Positions 60,693 through 62,483 of a stretch of 62,483 nucleotides of DNA are shown piece by piece. A program made the translations under genes and the position numbers. The stretch comes from Phoronis australis. Lineage: Eukaryota > Animalia > Phoronida. Each line of letters begins with the position of its first letter. Position 1 is the stretch's first letter. The notes under the pieces are model-generated. The model ran no database searches, was not told the DNA's origin, and saw nothing but the letters and a program-made list of their open reading frames with translations. The DNA lies in contig NMRA01000332.1 in the NCBI GenBank assembly GCA_002633005.1, positions 400,616-463,098 on the forward strand, given 5' to 3'.

Positions 60693-62483
60693 ATAAAGGC
60701 TATTTCCCAAACGATCGTCGGTTATAAATAAGTTTCGTAAGTGTTTTCGTCATTTTGTTTTTTATACTCCAGTCTACTTAATTTGGTTTGTTTCCTGTGG
60801 GATTGCTATCTTTTGATTTTGGAGCTTGAAGTGCCAAAACCGTGTCAGATTTTGATCGTCTGGGAAACAGAAGTCAGCTCTGGCCCACTGACCCACCTCA
60901 TCTATTTGCTTGAATTTTCTCATGCACTTTGAGGTTGATCGTCCTCAGCGAGAACAGCAACAACACAGAAATTATCAGCACCGCGTAATCGAACGAAATA
61001 TTTGAAGTTGGTAACACGGTCGAGGCGGTCGAGGAGTGACTCCGGCCTTGAGCTCAGCGAATTTCTGGCAGACAACGGTGGTAACTTCAAGAAGTCTATC
61101 CCACCCACTCAAGCGTTTTCTGGCCTTAAGAATTATGTCCTTTTAACACCAGGACATGGTTAATAGCAGTGTTTTAACAATGGACATAAAGACTCAAATA
61201 ACAACCCGTTTAAGACATCTCCTATTGTACGCAAGGATAGTCACCTGTGCCTATAGGTGAAACACTTTAATTAGAAAAAAATGTTTAAAAATGCATTATT
61301 TCGGATAGACGTACAAGGGTCTAAATACGCTTACAGTTATGTGCGGTGGTAACAAAATAAAAATATTTGTAAGATGAAAATTCTTGCAGCTTACGACGTG
61401 TCGTGACTCACAACTATGGCCATTGCGTTGACGTGTTGCCATGGTAACTATACTAAATTGATCAAAATGCTTTATTCCAGTAGTTCATTATTGATAAACA
61501 CAAACGCTGGGAAGCATAAGCACGACAACTGCAGCCATCCCGTTTGTTTTTAACCCACACCATTTCCAATTTTTAGTTTTAGTTGCAGACGAGAATAATC
61601 CTTTTCGTAACCTACTCGGAAGCTCCATTTGCCAATGGCTGCTTTGACAGAGCATCAATCCCGACAAAATAATGAAATCGAAATAAGTGATAACCTTGTG
61701 TGTAGAAACAAAATTAACAAAAGGTTATACAGAAGGAAACTGAAAATCTTATATTCAAGTGTCATGCCACGGTTTATCTTTTAGAAAAGCGCAATCATCT
61801 GATTAACATGACCTTTCGTAGATATCAATCTTAGCCTTTGTAAATTTACAGTAGAAACAAACAACCTAAAATTTCATGTTAATCTAATTATTACGAATAT
61901 CTTTGTAATATTTTCCTAAATTGCCCACCTAACTTTCCCCTGGCGATGTAGTGGCCCTATCAGTAACAGCCTGCGTAAAACATTTTACGACTCATATCTC
62001 CACCCAAATAGTTATTACAAAATTAGATAAATCTGAACAAATATCACATGCCCATCAAAGCCTTTATCTTCAGGTCATAAATCGCGCTCAAGTCAATCCT
62101 GACTGTTATATTTTCAATCCGACTGAAGCCATCATAAGTGCTCTGGCACGCAGCACGACCGACCGACAGACCGAGTCCACGTTGTAGTTGTCACGACATC
62201 ACTGGGCCTAACCGTTAATAACTATACAGCTGGTTGAAAGGACAGAGGCCATAATATTGGCTGTCAAACGGAGTTGGTTCTCAGCGTGGCTCAGTTTATA
62301 ACGACTGGCTAATAACCGAATAGGCTATATAGACGACCGCAACCAGTGGCTGTAGACAAACGGTGTTTTGTGGTACGTACAGGTAAATTGTCTCACACGT
62401 AGCAATTGATTTATACTAGAGACTGGATAAGAGGTCGCATAGACACATTTCACACTGTAGGTGTATACTGGTTGTGTCGATTG

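Noticed and set aside
1-62483. Prokaryotic-type systems (CRISPR array, operon, defence island) and tRNA/rRNA genes
   Set aside because: The window is intron-containing animal DNA. I saw no repeat-spacer array, tRNA cloverleaf or rRNA-like sequence, and nothing shows a functional link between the four genes.

Overview
Eukaryotic DNA from an animal, most likely a marine invertebrate: AT-rich, with GT-AG spliceosomal introns and dense transposon relics. The assembly is a draft, with one 376-N gap and three single-N joins. Four apparently intact genes can be supported. (1) A single-coding-exon LITAF/SIMPLE-domain gene (+, 15902-16243). (2) An intronless, divergent ACSF2-like acyl-CoA synthetase (-, 17907-19664), followed by a tandem duplicate that is now a pseudogene. 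(3) A multi-exon DUF389/TIGR00341-family membrane protein gene (+, 28238-50080). (4) A 4-exon secreted protein with a CTHRC1-type C-terminal domain but a coiled coil in place of collagen (-, 54523-58146). The rest consists of decayed Academ-like DNA transposons, MITEs with 5-bp TSDs (hAT5-like) or CTG TSDs (Harbinger-like), Penelope-like fragments (one with a near-canonical minimal hammerhead ribozyme), a THAP relic, a twice-present kinase relic and minisatellites. The three near-identical tandem duplications each abut a single N and are probably alternative haplotypes joined by the scaffolder. I found no convincing wholly new multi-gene system. The best leads are the collagen-less CTHRC1-like protein, the DUF389 protein with a possible PII-like domain, the divergent adenylating enzyme and the hammerhead-bearing insertion. 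All alignments and translations were done by eye, with no database search.
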